64,000 nt of DNA from a bacterium. GTDB taxonomy: Bacteria > Elusimicrobiota > Elusimicrobia > Elusimicrobiales > UBA9959. The notes under the pieces were generated by a model. The model was not told the origin of the DNA, searched no databases, and saw only the letters and a program-made list of their open reading frames with translations. The DNA is taken from contig JAJYJH010000008.1 in the NCBI GenBank assembly GCA_021789695.1, positions 8,595 to 72,594 of the forward strand. The letters are read 5' to 3'. A program made the translations under genes and the position numbers. Positions 45,187 through 55,054 of the stretch are shown piece by piece; position 1 is the first letter of the stretch; every line of letters starts with the position of its first letter.

Positions 45187-46410
45187 TCAGCCGCCGCCGA
45201 TCTGTGACAATTTGAAGATGGGCATAAAGATGCTCATCACGATGACAGCGACTATACCGCCGACGCCGACGACCAGTATCGGGTCTATCAGCGCCGAGAA
45301 CCGGCGCAGCCACTGGTCTATCTGCTCCTGATAGTATTTGGAAAGCACCCCGATGATGTCCGGCAGTTTGCCGGACTCCTCGCCCATCCACATCATCTCG
45401 GTGACCATCGGCGGGAACATTGCTGTCTTCTTGAATGACTCCGAGATCGAGCGGCCGCTGGCGATATCATTCTTGGCCTGCTTCAGCGCGTTCTGGAAGA
45501 TCAGGTTCTTCTTGAAGGCCCCCTCCAGCACCGACACGGCGTTCAGGATGCTGACGCCGGAACGGATCAGCGTGGACATCGTCGTCAACATGCGCTCGGT
45601 CTGCATCGCCCGGACCAGGCCTCCGAAAAGTGGCATATTGAACTGAGCGTGGTTCCAGGTCAGGCGGCCGGCCGGGGTGGCGATATAGGCGCGGATGGCG
45701 AAGACGGAGCCTATGACCACCACCAGCATCAGCACGAAATATTTCGTGACCACGGCCGAAAAGGCGACGATGACGCGGGTGAGGATGGGCAGCTGCAGGT
45801 GGAAGTCGCGGAAGATGCCGGCGAAGACCGGCACGATGTAGACGATAAAATAGGTCAGCACGCCCATCGACATCGTGAACAGCACGGCCGGATAGGAGAC
45901 CGCGGTGATAATCTTGGATTTGACGGCTTCCTGCGACTCGCTATAGGCCGTTATCTGGCGCAGCACGGACGGCAACTGGCCGGAAACCTCCCCCGCCTGG
46001 ACCAGCGAGATCCAAATCTCGTTGAAGACCTTCGGATGCTTCTCAAGGGCTTTGTGGAAGGCGCCCCCGGCGGAGACCTCCTTGGTCACCGAGGAAAGGA
46101 CGGCCCCCAGAGCCTTGTTCTCGGCGTGCTCGGAAAGCAGCGAAAGCGCGCGGACCAGCGGGATGCCGCCGCCTATCAGCGTGGACATCTGCTCCCCGAA
46201 GAAGACCATCTCCCTGCCGGAGATCTTGCCCCCGCCCTTCTTCTTCAGGCTCAACAAGCCCTTGGACTTGGTGTCCTCGGCCTGGATTGAAAGTATGAAG
46301 AGGCCTTTGGTCTGCAGCGTCTGTACCGCGCCGTCCTCGTCCTCCGCGTCGACAGCCCCGGTAGTCACCGTGCCCTGAGCATCCTGAACCGTGTAGATAA
46401 ACCTGCCCAT
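45187..46410 (-). CDS. pilC: Type II secretion / type IV pilus platform protein (GspF/PilC family)
   Basis: Two T2SSF repeats and three TM segments. Confidence 0.9.
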   Translation of the reverse strand: MGRFIYTVQDAQGTVTTGAVDAEDEDGAVQTLQTKGLFILSIQAEDTKSKGLLSLKKKGGGKISGREMVFFGEQMSTLIGGGIPLVRALSLLSEHAENKALGAVLSSVTKEVSAGGAFHKALEKHPKVFNEIWISLVQAGEVSGQLPSVLRQITAYSESQEAVKSKIITAVSYPAVLFTMSMGVLTYFIVYIVPVFAGIFRDFHLQLPILTRVIVAFSAVVTKYFVLMLVVVIGSVFAIRAYIATPAGRLTWNHAQFNMPLFGGLVRAMQTERMLTTMSTLIRSGVSILNAVSVLEGAFKKNLIFQNALKQAKNDIASGRSISESFKKTAMFPPMVTEMMWMGEESGKLPDIIGVLSKYYQEQIDQWLRRFSALIDPILVVGVGGIVAVIVMSIFMPIFKLSQIGGG

Positions 46411-46456
46411 ATATATATAGAAGTCTAACAGAAAGCGTGGATAGGCGCAATCCCCC

Positions 46457-48202
46457 CTACCTCTCGGTCATCGTGATGGACGTCATGTCGTCCACGGAAG
46501 TGACGCCGGCCATCACCTTGCGCCAGCCGCTGGCCCGCAGATCCCAGGCGCCGCTCTTGGCGACGGCCTCGCGCAGCTTAGGGATATCGGCGTCTTTGGA
46601 GATGATGTGCTTCATCTCTTCGGTTATGAAGTAAACCTCGTAGATGGCCTTGCGGCCCTTGTAGCCCATATTGCCGCACTTGGGACAGCCCCGTGCTTTG
46701 TAAAAGGTCAGGCGCGTCAGGTCCGGCAACGGGTTGAGTCTGGACTCCTTGGCGAACATATCTATCTCGTCCTGCGGAGGCCTGTAGGGGACCTTGCAGT
46801 CCGGGCACAGCACGCGGACGAGGCGCTGGGCCGCCACCAGCAGCAGCGTGCTGGCCAGCAGGTAGGGCTCGATATCCATATCTATCAGGCGCGGGATGGC
46901 CTCCAGCGCGCTGTTCGTGTGCAGCGTCGAGAGCACCAGGTGGCCCGTCATGGCGGCCTTCAGACAGGACTCGGCCGTCTCGTTGTCGCGCGTTTCGCCT
47001 ACGAGGATTACGTCGGGGTCCTGCCGCAGGAAAGAACGCAGGCCGCTGGCGAAGGTCAGCCCTATCTGCGGCTTTATCTGCACCTGGCTGATGCCCTCCA
47101 TCTTGACCTCTACAGGGTCCTCCAGCGTCATGATATTTATTTCTGGAGACTTGATCGTGTTGAGCACGGCGTTGAGCGTCGTGGTCTTGCCGGAGCCGGT
47201 CGGGCCGGTCAGCAGGATAAGGCCGTGCGGGGACTGGGCCGCCTTCAGGAAGTCCTCCTTCTGGCGCGTCTCGAAGCCGATCTTGTCCACGTTGAACTCC
47301 ACGTTGCCCTTGTCGAGCAGACGCATGACCAGTTTTTCGCCGAAAACCGTAGGGCAGATGCTGACGCGGGTCTCGATGTTGCGGTTCTGGTACTTGATCG
47401 TGAAACTGCCGTCCTGCGGCAGGCGGCGCTCGGAGATGTCGAGCTTTGAGAGAATCTTCACGCGCGAGATGATGGCGTCGAACAGCTCGGACTGGGGCGC
47501 GCTCCTCTCGTAGAGCGAGCCATCTATGCGGAAGCGCAGTGCCACCTTCTCGTCGTACTTCTCCAGGTGGATGTCTGAAGTGCGCTCGGCTATAGCCTGC
47601 TTTATCATCGCATTGACGAGTTTTATGGACTGGGCGCCCTTGGAGTCGCCGATGATGATTTTATCCAGGTCCAGCTTGCCGTCCGCGGTCATCACGTCGG
47701 CGTCGGAACCGCCCTCGCCGCCCTCGCCGCCCTTGTCCAGCACCCTGTCTATCAGGCTGCCCTGGCCAGCGTAAAAAGCGTCTATGACCTTCAGTATCTG
47801 CGCTTTCGTGGAGACGAACGGCGTGATCTCCATGCCGGAGACCAGTTTCAGGTTGTCCAGCAGCAGGATATTGGCCGGGTCCGTCATCGCGGTGGCCAGC
47901 GTATTGTTCTCGATGAACAGCGGGACCACGGCGTTCTCCCTGGCGAACTTCTCCGGGATCAGCTTCTCAAGCCCCTGTGTCTTCTCCGGGATCAGAATCT
48001 GGTTCTCGCGCGAGGCGTACGGAATGCCCATCTGCTTGGCAAGCGCCTGTGCCACCTGCTCCTCGGTGGCGTAGTGCAGCTTGACCAGCGCCTCGCCTAT
48101 CAGGCAGCTCTGCTGCTGCTGGAATTTAAGGGCTTTCTGAAGCTGTTCTTCGGTGATCCATTTGGCCAGGATCATTATCTCGCCGAGGAGTTTCTGTGCC
48201 AT
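46457..48202 (-). CDS. pilB: Type II/IV secretion ATPase (GspE/PilB family)
   Basis: Walker A GPTGSGKTTTL, Asp and His boxes, tetracysteine CPDC...CPKC, and an N-terminal MshEN-like region. Confidence 0.95.
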   Translation of the reverse strand: MAQKLLGEIMILAKWITEEQLQKALKFQQQQSCLIGEALVKLHYATEEQVAQALAKQMGIPYASRENQILIPEKTQGLEKLIPEKFARENAVVPLFIENNTLATAMTDPANILLLDNLKLVSGMEITPFVSTKAQILKVIDAFYAGQGSLIDRVLDKGGEGGEGGSDADVMTADGKLDLDKIIIGDSKGAQSIKLVNAMIKQAIAERTSDIHLEKYDEKVALRFRIDGSLYERSAPQSELFDAIISRVKILSKLDISERRLPQDGSFTIKYQNRNIETRVSICPTVFGEKLVMRLLDKGNVEFNVDKIGFETRQKEDFLKAAQSPHGLILLTGPTGSGKTTTLNAVLNTIKSPEINIMTLEDPVEVKMEGISQVQIKPQIGLTFASGLRSFLRQDPDVILVGETRDNETAESCLKAAMTGHLVLSTLHTNSALEAIPRLIDMDIEPYLLASTLLLVAAQRLVRVLCPDCKVPYRPPQDEIDMFAKESRLNPLPDLTRLTFYKARGCPKCGNMGYKGRKAIYEVYFITEEMKHIISKDADIPKLREAVAKSGAWDLRASGWRKVMAGVTSVDDMTSITMTER

Positions 48203-48257
48203 AGTTATGCGCCTGCCAAGAGGGCCGCTTCCGGACCGAGCCCCGATCCCGGCGGAG

Positions 48258-50060
48258 TTAGTCCACCAGGATGGTCGGGGTTATAAAGATCACCAGATCT
48301 GTGTTAGTGCGACTCTCGCTGACACTGGTGAACAACCACCCGATTATCGGTATGTAGCCGAGCAGCGGGACCTTGCGGATCGTCTTGTTCTCCGTGGAGG
48401 AGAGCATGCCGCCAATGACCACCGTCTGACCGTTCTTGACCCGCACCATCGTGGAGGCGCCGCGGCTGACCGGGTCGTAGACTGTCTGCCCGTTGACGGT
48501 CACCGCGGAGGCCACCGCGTTGGAATAGGCGGGCTGGACCGACATCGTTATGTAGCCGTCCTTGTTGACCTGCGGGGTGACCTTGAGCGTCAGGCCTATG
48601 CGGCGGCGCTCGACTCCGGTGGAACTGCTGCCGACCGAGCCGCCCGCGGAGGAGAGCGTGCTGGTGGTGCCCATCGCGGCGTCCTGCGAGATGGCTATCA
48701 CCGCAGTCTTATTGTTCATCGCCACGATCTTGGGCTTGCCCAGATAGCGGGCCTCGCCGCGCGAGACAAGGGCCCGGAAAACGGCTTGAAGCTGCGCGAG
48801 GCTGAAGATGCCGTAGTAGACGCCCCTGGAACTCTGCTGGCCGGTGGAGAAGATAGGGTTTATGCTGGAAGCGCCGCCGCCGCTGCTGCTGCTGCTGCCG
48901 CTGCTGCCGCTGCTGGAGGAACTGCCGCTCCCTATGTCAGTGGTGTCGGGGAAGAACTGCTTCCAAGAGTTGCCGGAGAAGAAACCGGGGCGCAGGCCGT
49001 AGTCGGTCAGGCGGGCAGGGCCCGCGAAGTAGGCCATCTCGCCGCGCGAGCCGCCCCACTCTATACCCAGTTCATTGGTACGGTCCGTGTTAATCTCCAC
49101 GATTTGGGCCTCGATCAATATCTGCGGGGCTTTCTTGTCCAGTTCGGAGATGATCTGCTCCACCTGGGGGAAGACCTCGGGCACGTCGGTGATTATCAGC
49201 GTATTGGTGCGCGGGTCCGTGGCCAGCGTGCCGTACTTCTTGGTCAGCACGCTGCGGATAATCTTGATAATCGGGATGGAGTTGTCTGAGCCGGAACCGG
49301 AACCGGAATTGGAGTTGGAATTGGAACCGGACTGCTGGCCGCCTCCGGAACTGCCGGGCATACCGCCGCCCTGCTGCGACATATCGTTGCCGGAGGAGAC
49401 GTCCTGCGAGGTGATTGCCGCGATGTCCTGGCTCAGCGAGTCGAGCGGGATGAGCGGGATATAGTTCAGAGTGTAGATCTTGGTTATAAGGTTGGGCGCG
49501 TTGGCGGAGCGCTTCTGCACGACGTAGGTATTGCTCTTGCCGATGCGCTGATAGGTGAGCCCCTTGACGCGCAACAACAGCTCCAGCGCCTCGCGGACCG
49601 TGGTCTTGCGCAAGAAGACCGTCACGGTCTTCTTCTCGAGGCCCTCGGTTATTATGAAGTTTACCTTAGATTGCGCGGAGATGACGTCCAGGAAAGTGGA
49701 AAGCGGGGCTTCCTTGAGGCGTATTGGGCCGATCTTACGATCGAGCGGCGAGGTGTTCTCAGAGTTCTCGTACATCGGAGGCTCTTGGGGCGTTCCCCCG
49801 CCAACCTGCACGGAACTTATAGGCGTCCCCGGGGTCTGGGCCTGCGGCATAGTGGAGGGAGGGGCCGAGTCAGGGGAGGAGCCGCTGTCGAGTATCGGAC
49901 CGCCGCCGTCTCCGCCGGAAGGTCCCTGAAGGTCCTGGGCAAAGCTCCTGTCGGAAGACGACTGAGAGGAGGATCCGGTCTGCGCGAAGAGCGGAACTAC
50001 CGGAAAGAGCAGCGGTTCGGCCGCCAAGGCCAGCGAGATTAGGATGCGAATGCTTTTCAT
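48258..50060 (-). CDS. Secretin (PilQ/GspD family)
   Basis: Signal peptide, N-domains, and a C-terminal secretin domain ending in VPLLGYIPIIGWLF. GGAGGAG Shine-Dalgarno before ATG 50060. Confidence 0.85.
   Translation of the reverse strand: MKSIRILISLALAAEPLLFPVVPLFAQTGSSSQSSSDRSFAQDLQGPSGGDGGGPILDSGSSPDSAPPSTMPQAQTPGTPISSVQVGGGTPQEPPMYENSENTSPLDRKIGPIRLKEAPLSTFLDVISAQSKVNFIITEGLEKKTVTVFLRKTTVREALELLLRVKGLTYQRIGKSNTYVVQKRSANAPNLITKIYTLNYIPLIPLDSLSQDIAAITSQDVSSGNDMSQQGGGMPGSSGGGQQSGSNSNSNSGSGSGSDNSIPIIKIIRSVLTKKYGTLATDPRTNTLIITDVPEVFPQVEQIISELDKKAPQILIEAQIVEINTDRTNELGIEWGGSRGEMAYFAGPARLTDYGLRPGFFSGNSWKQFFPDTTDIGSGSSSSSGSSGSSSSSGGGASSINPIFSTGQQSSRGVYYGIFSLAQLQAVFRALVSRGEARYLGKPKIVAMNNKTAVIAISQDAAMGTTSTLSSAGGSVGSSSTGVERRRIGLTLKVTPQVNKDGYITMSVQPAYSNAVASAVTVNGQTVYDPVSRGASTMVRVKNGQTVVIGGMLSSTENKTIRKVPLLGYIPIIGWLFTSVSESRTNTDLVIFITPTILVD
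48871..48929 (-). repeat. Imperfect GCN trinucleotide tract encoding a Ser/Gly run inside the secretin
   Basis: gccgccgccgctgctgctgctgctgccgctgctgccgctgctgga encodes GSGSSSSSGSSGSSSSSGGG. Confidence 0.8.
49290..49331 (-). repeat. Hexanucleotide-like tract (ccggaa/ttggag) encoding SGSNSNSNSGSGSGS in the secretin
   Basis: gccggaaccggaaccggaattggagttggaattggaaccgga. Confidence 0.8.
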
Positions 50061-50119
50061 AACTCCTCCGTTCAGAATCCTCTTATTATACGTTAACCGG
50101 CGCCGGCAAGCCAGCCCGG

Positions 50120-50905
50120 TCACCTCATGATCTTGCGGAACCTTTTGCCCTTGTACTCGCAGAGCACGTAGTCAGGCCCCACCCTCAGGATTTTTATGCC
50201 GCGCACCGTCTGGCCGGCCCTGTACATATCGCCGTTAATGATTGCGGCCGTCCCGACTATTCCCTGCAGAGAGATCAGGGTCTCCGGCCCGGGTGGCCGG
50301 TGGCGTATCTCCGCCAGACGCTGTTGTCTCTCTTCCTGCAGACGCTGGTACTCCTGCTCCCGTATCTTGCGGTAGTCCTCGGGAGTGAGCGTCGGGTCCC
50401 TCGTGGCCGTAGGGGCGTAATAAGAAAGCGGCTGCGGCGCGGTGGAGGTCCTCACAGACAGGGAATCGGCCCCTGGTCCCTGCAGCACAGGCCCGGTAGC
50501 GGGCCGGGGCGCCGGGCCTGGCGACGCCGCTGGCCTGGCGGCTGAAACTGCTTGGGCCACCAGAGGGGCGGCTGCGGGCGGCCTGGGGGCCGGCTGCTCT
50601 CCGGACGAGGGAGCCAGGGAAGCCGGAACGGCCTTGAACGCCGGCTCTGCGGGAGCGTCGGCCGTCTGGCTGGAAACGCCGACGGGAGCGGCGGGAGCGT
50701 TTCTGGCCGGCTGCGGCGCCACGGAAGGCGGAGCGGCTGCAGCGGGGACCGACGCCGGAAATACGTCGGTGGTCACCGGACCGCGGGTCACCTCCGTGGA
50801 GGCCTGCTGCCGGCTCTTACTCCACCAGTTGTAGAAAAGGAAAGACGGCACCGCCAGGACCGCGACCAGGAGGAGCCAGCCAAGAATGGAGGAAAAGCTC
50901 TTCAT
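50120..50905 (-). CDS. Membrane-anchored Pro/Ala-rich protein in the PilP position
   Basis: N-terminal TM helix, a roughly 130-aa P/A-rich linker, and a small C-terminal beta domain. ATGA overlap with the pilO-like gene. Confidence 0.45.
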   Translation of the reverse strand: MKSFSSILGWLLLVAVLAVPSFLFYNWWSKSRQQASTEVTRGPVTTDVFPASVPAAAAPPSVAPQPARNAPAAPVGVSSQTADAPAEPAFKAVPASLAPSSGEQPAPRPPAAAPLVAQAVSAARPAASPGPAPRPATGPVLQGPGADSLSVRTSTAPQPLSYYAPTATRDPTLTPEDYRKIREQEYQRLQEERQQRLAEIRHRPPGPETLISLQGIVGTAAIINGDMYRAGQTVRGIKILRVGPDYVLCEYKGKRFRKIMR

Positions 50906-51516
50906 CTTGCCCCCGCCGCCCCCGGGCCGCCGGACTTGGGGAAGACCGTCGCTATGGTGAACGACACCTTCACCGTCCCTGGCCTGGAATCGTCCCGGTT
51001 TATGCTGAGATCGGTCAGGTGCACGAAAATAGGGGAATTCTCCATGTCCGCCAGCCATTTGCCGAACTGCGCGTAAGTCGTGGTGGCCGTGACCGGCCTG
51101 GAGGCCACCACATAGGTTCCCACCTCAGTCTCGGTCTGCGCGCCCTGGGAGTCGATGGACACTCCGACTTTTCTGGCGCTGTCGTTTATCAGGTAGCTGA
51201 GCCAGTCCGCCTTATCCTTGAGGAGCGGCAGTTTGCGCTGCATGGCCATCAGCCGCGTCTTAGCGTCGTTATAATCGTCGGCGTAGAGCGCCACGGCCTT
51301 CATGCCTTCTATACGACGCTGCGTGTGGCTCAGGCTTGAGGAGAGCGGGCTGTAGACCCCTGCGTAGAGCACCAGCAGGGAAGGCACGGCTATCATCAGC
51401 GGCTTCTTGAAAGGGGCTATGCCCTTCTCCCCGTAGATTATGAGGATATCCGACACCATGTCCTTGAAGTAAGACCTGATTTTTTCCGCGGCATCGGACG
51501 CCGTTATGGAAGCCAT
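50902..51516 (-). CDS. PilO-like pilus assembly protein
   Basis: N-terminal TM helix, coiled coil, and a ferredoxin-like C-terminus. Position after pilMN. Confidence 0.6.
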   Translation of the reverse strand: MASITASDAAEKIRSYFKDMVSDILIIYGEKGIAPFKKPLMIAVPSLLVLYAGVYSPLSSSLSHTQRRIEGMKAVALYADDYNDAKTRLMAMQRKLPLLKDKADWLSYLINDSARKVGVSIDSQGAQTETEVGTYVVASRPVTATTTYAQFGKWLADMENSPIFVHLTDLSINRDDSRPGTVKVSFTIATVFPKSGGPGAAGAR

Positions 51517-51519
51517 ATC

Positions 51520-53085
51520 CTATTTCCTCTTATAGCTGCAGACGATAGTGAACCCGCTGGTATCCATGGGCTGGGCCGAGGCTGCGCCGCCGGTATTGCC
51601 GGTGTTCACACCTTCGCCCATCGTGTTGTCCATGGTACCGAAGGGAGGCGAGTATATCTTAAACTCCTTGGACTTCTTGAGCGCGTCCATAAAAGCGTTC
51701 ACGAGATGTATTTTGGCCTGCCCGCGCAGGAAGGTCGCCCCGGAAATGGTGAACTGCTTCTCCGGGGGTTGCCCCTGGGAGATGGAGAACGGGCTGGAAT
51801 AACTGATGACCGTCACCCAGAGGTCTTGCGGGATGTTGTCCGCTATGGCCTGAAGTTTGGGAGCCACGGGGTCGGTATCGGAGATAAGATCCTTGAGCAG
51901 GTCCGCGTTGTTCTGCATGGCGACCAGGCTGGTATGGACCATTTCCGCGTCCGAGTCGGAGAGCTCCGGGGCGACCATAAGCTTGTTGCGCAGGGATGCG
52001 GCCGTCGAGGAGGCCATGTAAAGCCGCATCTGGGCCATGATGGACAGCAGAAGCAACATGCCGCCTAGCAGGAAGGTTACCACCCAGACGTAGGTTTGCA
52101 CCTTCTTCTCCAGCGTGGCAGCCGTGCTAAGACCGGATATGTCGGGGAGCACCGGGCCCGAGGTCCGCCCGCGCAGGGCGGCGGCGCAGGAGAGCAGCGA
52201 GGCGAAATCGTTATCCTTAAGCCCGCAGAGCGCGGAGGCGTTCCAGACGGAGACCTTGATAGGCTCGGCCTCTTTGGAGGCCAGGTTATGCCAGACCTCG
52301 ACCCCGTCGCCGCTGAGCATTATCTCCTTGTATTCCTTTCCTCCGACGTAACGGTCCACGAACTGCACCGCGCCCTTGATATCCAGACGCTTTCGCTCGC
52401 TCATCGCGCCGCCGGAGTCGGATTCGGTCTCCCGGTAAAGCACAGGGGCACCGGCGTGGGAGAAGAGCATCGCGCTGGAATTGCCGCTGAAATGCACGTA
52501 GCCCCTTGCGTCGTGGTCCTTCTGGTCGAGCAGACCGAAAAGGCGCTCCATCGAAAGAGGAGAGGTCTCGATACCCGCCAGGGCCAGCCCCGCGGACTTC
52601 AGGGTCTCGGAGATGAACTCCACGCTCTTGCGCTGCGTGAGGCCGAACAGTACGCCGAGCTTTTTGCCGCCTTCCGCCGGGGAGGCCTTGAAGTCGTAAA
52701 CGACTTCCTCGAAGGAGACAGGGATATATTTTTTGGATTCCAGCGGGATGGACTTGTTCCAGAACCTGCGGTCCACGGCCGGCATCACGAAATAGCGCAG
52801 TATCACGAACTGCGGCGACAGGGTGACCACGGCGGAGGAGGTGTCCCATTTCACCTTCTTCACGGCCTGCGCGAAAGACGCGACCCACGAGGCCTTTTCG
52901 CTGAAGAACTCGTGGTTCAGGGAGAGCGGGCGCAGCATGCCCTCCTTCACGGGGAACCCCGTGGGGAACTTTATCAAATGCTCGGGCTCCGGCTTTGAGT
53001 CCTTCCCGAGTTTTACCTGGGAGATGCAGATCTCCTTCGGGGAGATATAGATGCCCAGGCTGTTGTGCCCCTCCGGTTTAGACAT
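51520..53085 (-). CDS. PilM-PilN fusion-like pilus assembly protein
   Basis: An actin-like ATPase-fold N-terminal ~330 aa, then a TM helix (VWVVTFLLGGMLLLLSIM) and a ~150-aa periplasmic domain. Confidence 0.65.
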   Translation of the reverse strand: MSKPEGHNSLGIYISPKEICISQVKLGKDSKPEPEHLIKFPTGFPVKEGMLRPLSLNHEFFSEKASWVASFAQAVKKVKWDTSSAVVTLSPQFVILRYFVMPAVDRRFWNKSIPLESKKYIPVSFEEVVYDFKASPAEGGKKLGVLFGLTQRKSVEFISETLKSAGLALAGIETSPLSMERLFGLLDQKDHDARGYVHFSGNSSAMLFSHAGAPVLYRETESDSGGAMSERKRLDIKGAVQFVDRYVGGKEYKEIMLSGDGVEVWHNLASKEAEPIKVSVWNASALCGLKDNDFASLLSCAAALRGRTSGPVLPDISGLSTAATLEKKVQTYVWVVTFLLGGMLLLLSIMAQMRLYMASSTAASLRNKLMVAPELSDSDAEMVHTSLVAMQNNADLLKDLISDTDPVAPKLQAIADNIPQDLWVTVISYSSPFSISQGQPPEKQFTISGATFLRGQAKIHLVNAFMDALKKSKEFKIYSPPFGTMDNTMGEGVNTGNTGGAASAQPMDTSGFTIVCSYKRK

Positions 53086-53133
53086 AAATAGTTATTTTAC
53101 AATAATAGGCCGTCCGTTGCGACAGAACCGGCG

Positions 53134-54921
53134 CTATCCCCCGGCCAGTCTTATCTCCACCATCGGTTTCGTGGCCTCGGTGACCTTTGACGAAAGCTGC
53201 ATGCGGGAACGGTCTATCTTGTATTTCTCGGCGAGCCTGTCCGCCACCTTATTTACGCGACTCTGAGCCACCGCGGCGGCGTCGGCTTCCCCGGAATAGG
53301 CAAAGCCGGTAAGCTGGATGCTGGCCATCGGGTAATAGCCCATGGTCTCGGCTACCTGCTCCAGCCTCTTCTCGCTGGCGTTGGTCAGGGCGTTCCGGTC
53401 GGTGAAGAATATCCTGTAGCTCACCTGCCCGGACAGTTGCCCCGGTTTCTCCGCGGCGGGATTGTCCCCCCCGGAGCGCGCGGGAGAAGCCCGCTTGAGT
53501 TTGCGGACGGCGGCAGGGCGGAATTTCCGCGGCGGGTATTTCTTATGAGTCTTGACGCGCTTCAAAAGTTTACCCGAAGTCCCCCCTCTCTTGCCGCCTT
53601 TGGCCAGGGACCTGCTCTTCAGGCCCGTTGGCGCTACGCTCTCGTTCTGTACGGGCTGACGAGCCGCAACTGAGCGCATAGCCGCCTCCTCCTGCGGCGT
53701 CGGACGGACCAGCAACCAGCGGCTAAGGCTCGTCTTCTGCCCTTGCGGGTCTGCCGCGGTTACGGTGAACATATAGCGTCCCGAAGGATAGGAAGGGCCG
53801 AAAAACTTCTGGCGGCCGTTCCAGTAGCTCTGGTTGTACATCGGCCCCGAGCCGGAGACCTCTTGCAGCAGCAACCGGCTGCCGTCCCCGCGGATCTCGA
53901 AGATCTGGAACTTCCACGTAGGAGTGCCGACCGGCGACTGGAAGACGGAGAATTCGACTATGGACCCTTCGTTCTTATAAACCGAGATGGCCGTCGGATA
54001 AATACCGAGCGACACCCTTGGGCCTTTTGTCGTCATATCGGCGCTATCTTCCAGGCGGGGGTGCTTATCGTAATCGAATAATATGATGATACCGCTTATG
54101 TTCGTCAGTTCCGAGGGATAGTGAACTTCTGAACCGGTCAGATTGACGTTAAGACGGGCTTTAGAGATGCCGCGGGACTCGAAGTAGGAGTCGATGGCGA
54201 GCGCCTTGCGGATGCTCTGTATCTTCATCTCCCCTTCCGTGGCCCCGTCGGGAAGGATCATGATATTGGCCTTGCCGAGCGTGAACATCAGACCGGAAAC
54301 CATCGAGAGCAGGTTCTCCGAGCCGGAACGAAAACTCGTGTCCCCGGAGAAGAAGTAAGAGGGGTCCAGCGTCATGGCGACCGGCATGCCGTCGGAACCC
54401 ATGTATATCTGCACAGGACGCGAGCGTCCGAGCGCAAGCAGCAGGTCGCGGCGCATGACCGAGATCCTCTCGGTAATCCTGGCGTTGGCCCGCTCGCGCT
54501 GGGCCGCGTCGTCTCCGCCCTGCTGGGACTGGGCCTCGTCCCCGGATGCGGCGGCGGGGTAACCAAGCGGCGCCGCTTTCTGGGTCTCTACCGCGGGAGC
54601 GGCGACCTCGCTCAGGGCCGTAGGCTGCGCGCCCCTGTCCTTCACGGTGGGGACTCCGCTGTTCATGCGGAGCGTTATCTTGGAAATATATTCGTTGGCC
54701 AGCGCCTTTTCGGAAGGACTCCCCTTCACAAGGATATCCATGAACCTATCCATCGCATCAGAATCCTGCCCATTGTTGTAAAGCCTTATGGCCTGCTCCA
54801 TAGCGCGGCTGGAGGCGCTGGCAGACTGGGCGCAGAGGTCACTCGGCAGCCTGCCGGAAACTGCGAAAAGCAGAATCAGGGCTGACGAAAAAGCGATTTT
54901 CAGAACTGCATTAGTTTTCAT
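53134..54921 (-). CDS. OmpA-family peptidoglycan-binding protein (first gene of the pilus operon)
   Basis: Signal peptide, an Ig-like middle region, a basic linker, and a C-terminal OmpA-like domain (QLTGFAYSGEADAAAVAQSRVNKVADRL). Confidence 0.7.
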   Translation of the reverse strand: MKTNAVLKIAFSSALILLFAVSGRLPSDLCAQSASASSRAMEQAIRLYNNGQDSDAMDRFMDILVKGSPSEKALANEYISKITLRMNSGVPTVKDRGAQPTALSEVAAPAVETQKAAPLGYPAAASGDEAQSQQGGDDAAQRERANARITERISVMRRDLLLALGRSRPVQIYMGSDGMPVAMTLDPSYFFSGDTSFRSGSENLLSMVSGLMFTLGKANIMILPDGATEGEMKIQSIRKALAIDSYFESRGISKARLNVNLTGSEVHYPSELTNISGIIILFDYDKHPRLEDSADMTTKGPRVSLGIYPTAISVYKNEGSIVEFSVFQSPVGTPTWKFQIFEIRGDGSRLLLQEVSGSGPMYNQSYWNGRQKFFGPSYPSGRYMFTVTAADPQGQKTSLSRWLLVRPTPQEEAAMRSVAARQPVQNESVAPTGLKSRSLAKGGKRGGTSGKLLKRVKTHKKYPPRKFRPAAVRKLKRASPARSGGDNPAAEKPGQLSGQVSYRIFFTDRNALTNASEKRLEQVAETMGYYPMASIQLTGFAYSGEADAAAVAQSRVNKVADRLAEKYKIDRSRMQLSSKVTEATKPMVEIRLAGG

Positions 54922-54997
54922 GGCGCGATTCCTGCGGAACGTTCTTCCTGCGCTATATTTAATCTTTTCCTGTTTGCCTAATTATTGCAGGATTGTT

Positions 54998-55038
54998 ACA
55001 AAAAACAACCTCCCTCCGGGGTCCACCGGCGGGAGAGG
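54998..55038 (-). terminator. Rho-independent terminator after the Wzy_C-TPR gene
   Basis: Minus-strand CCTCTCCCGCCGG-TGGACC-CCGGAGGGAGG followed by TTGTTTTTTG, 17 nt after the stop at 55055. Confidence 0.6.
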
Positions 55039-55054
55039 CGCAGGCGAGTCCGCC

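Noticed and set aside
48871-49331. Simple repeats considered as a CRISPR array or an intergenic microsatellite.
   Set aside because: The repeat units are 3-6 nt with no spacers. The tracts lie in frame inside the secretin gene, so they are coding low-complexity tracts.
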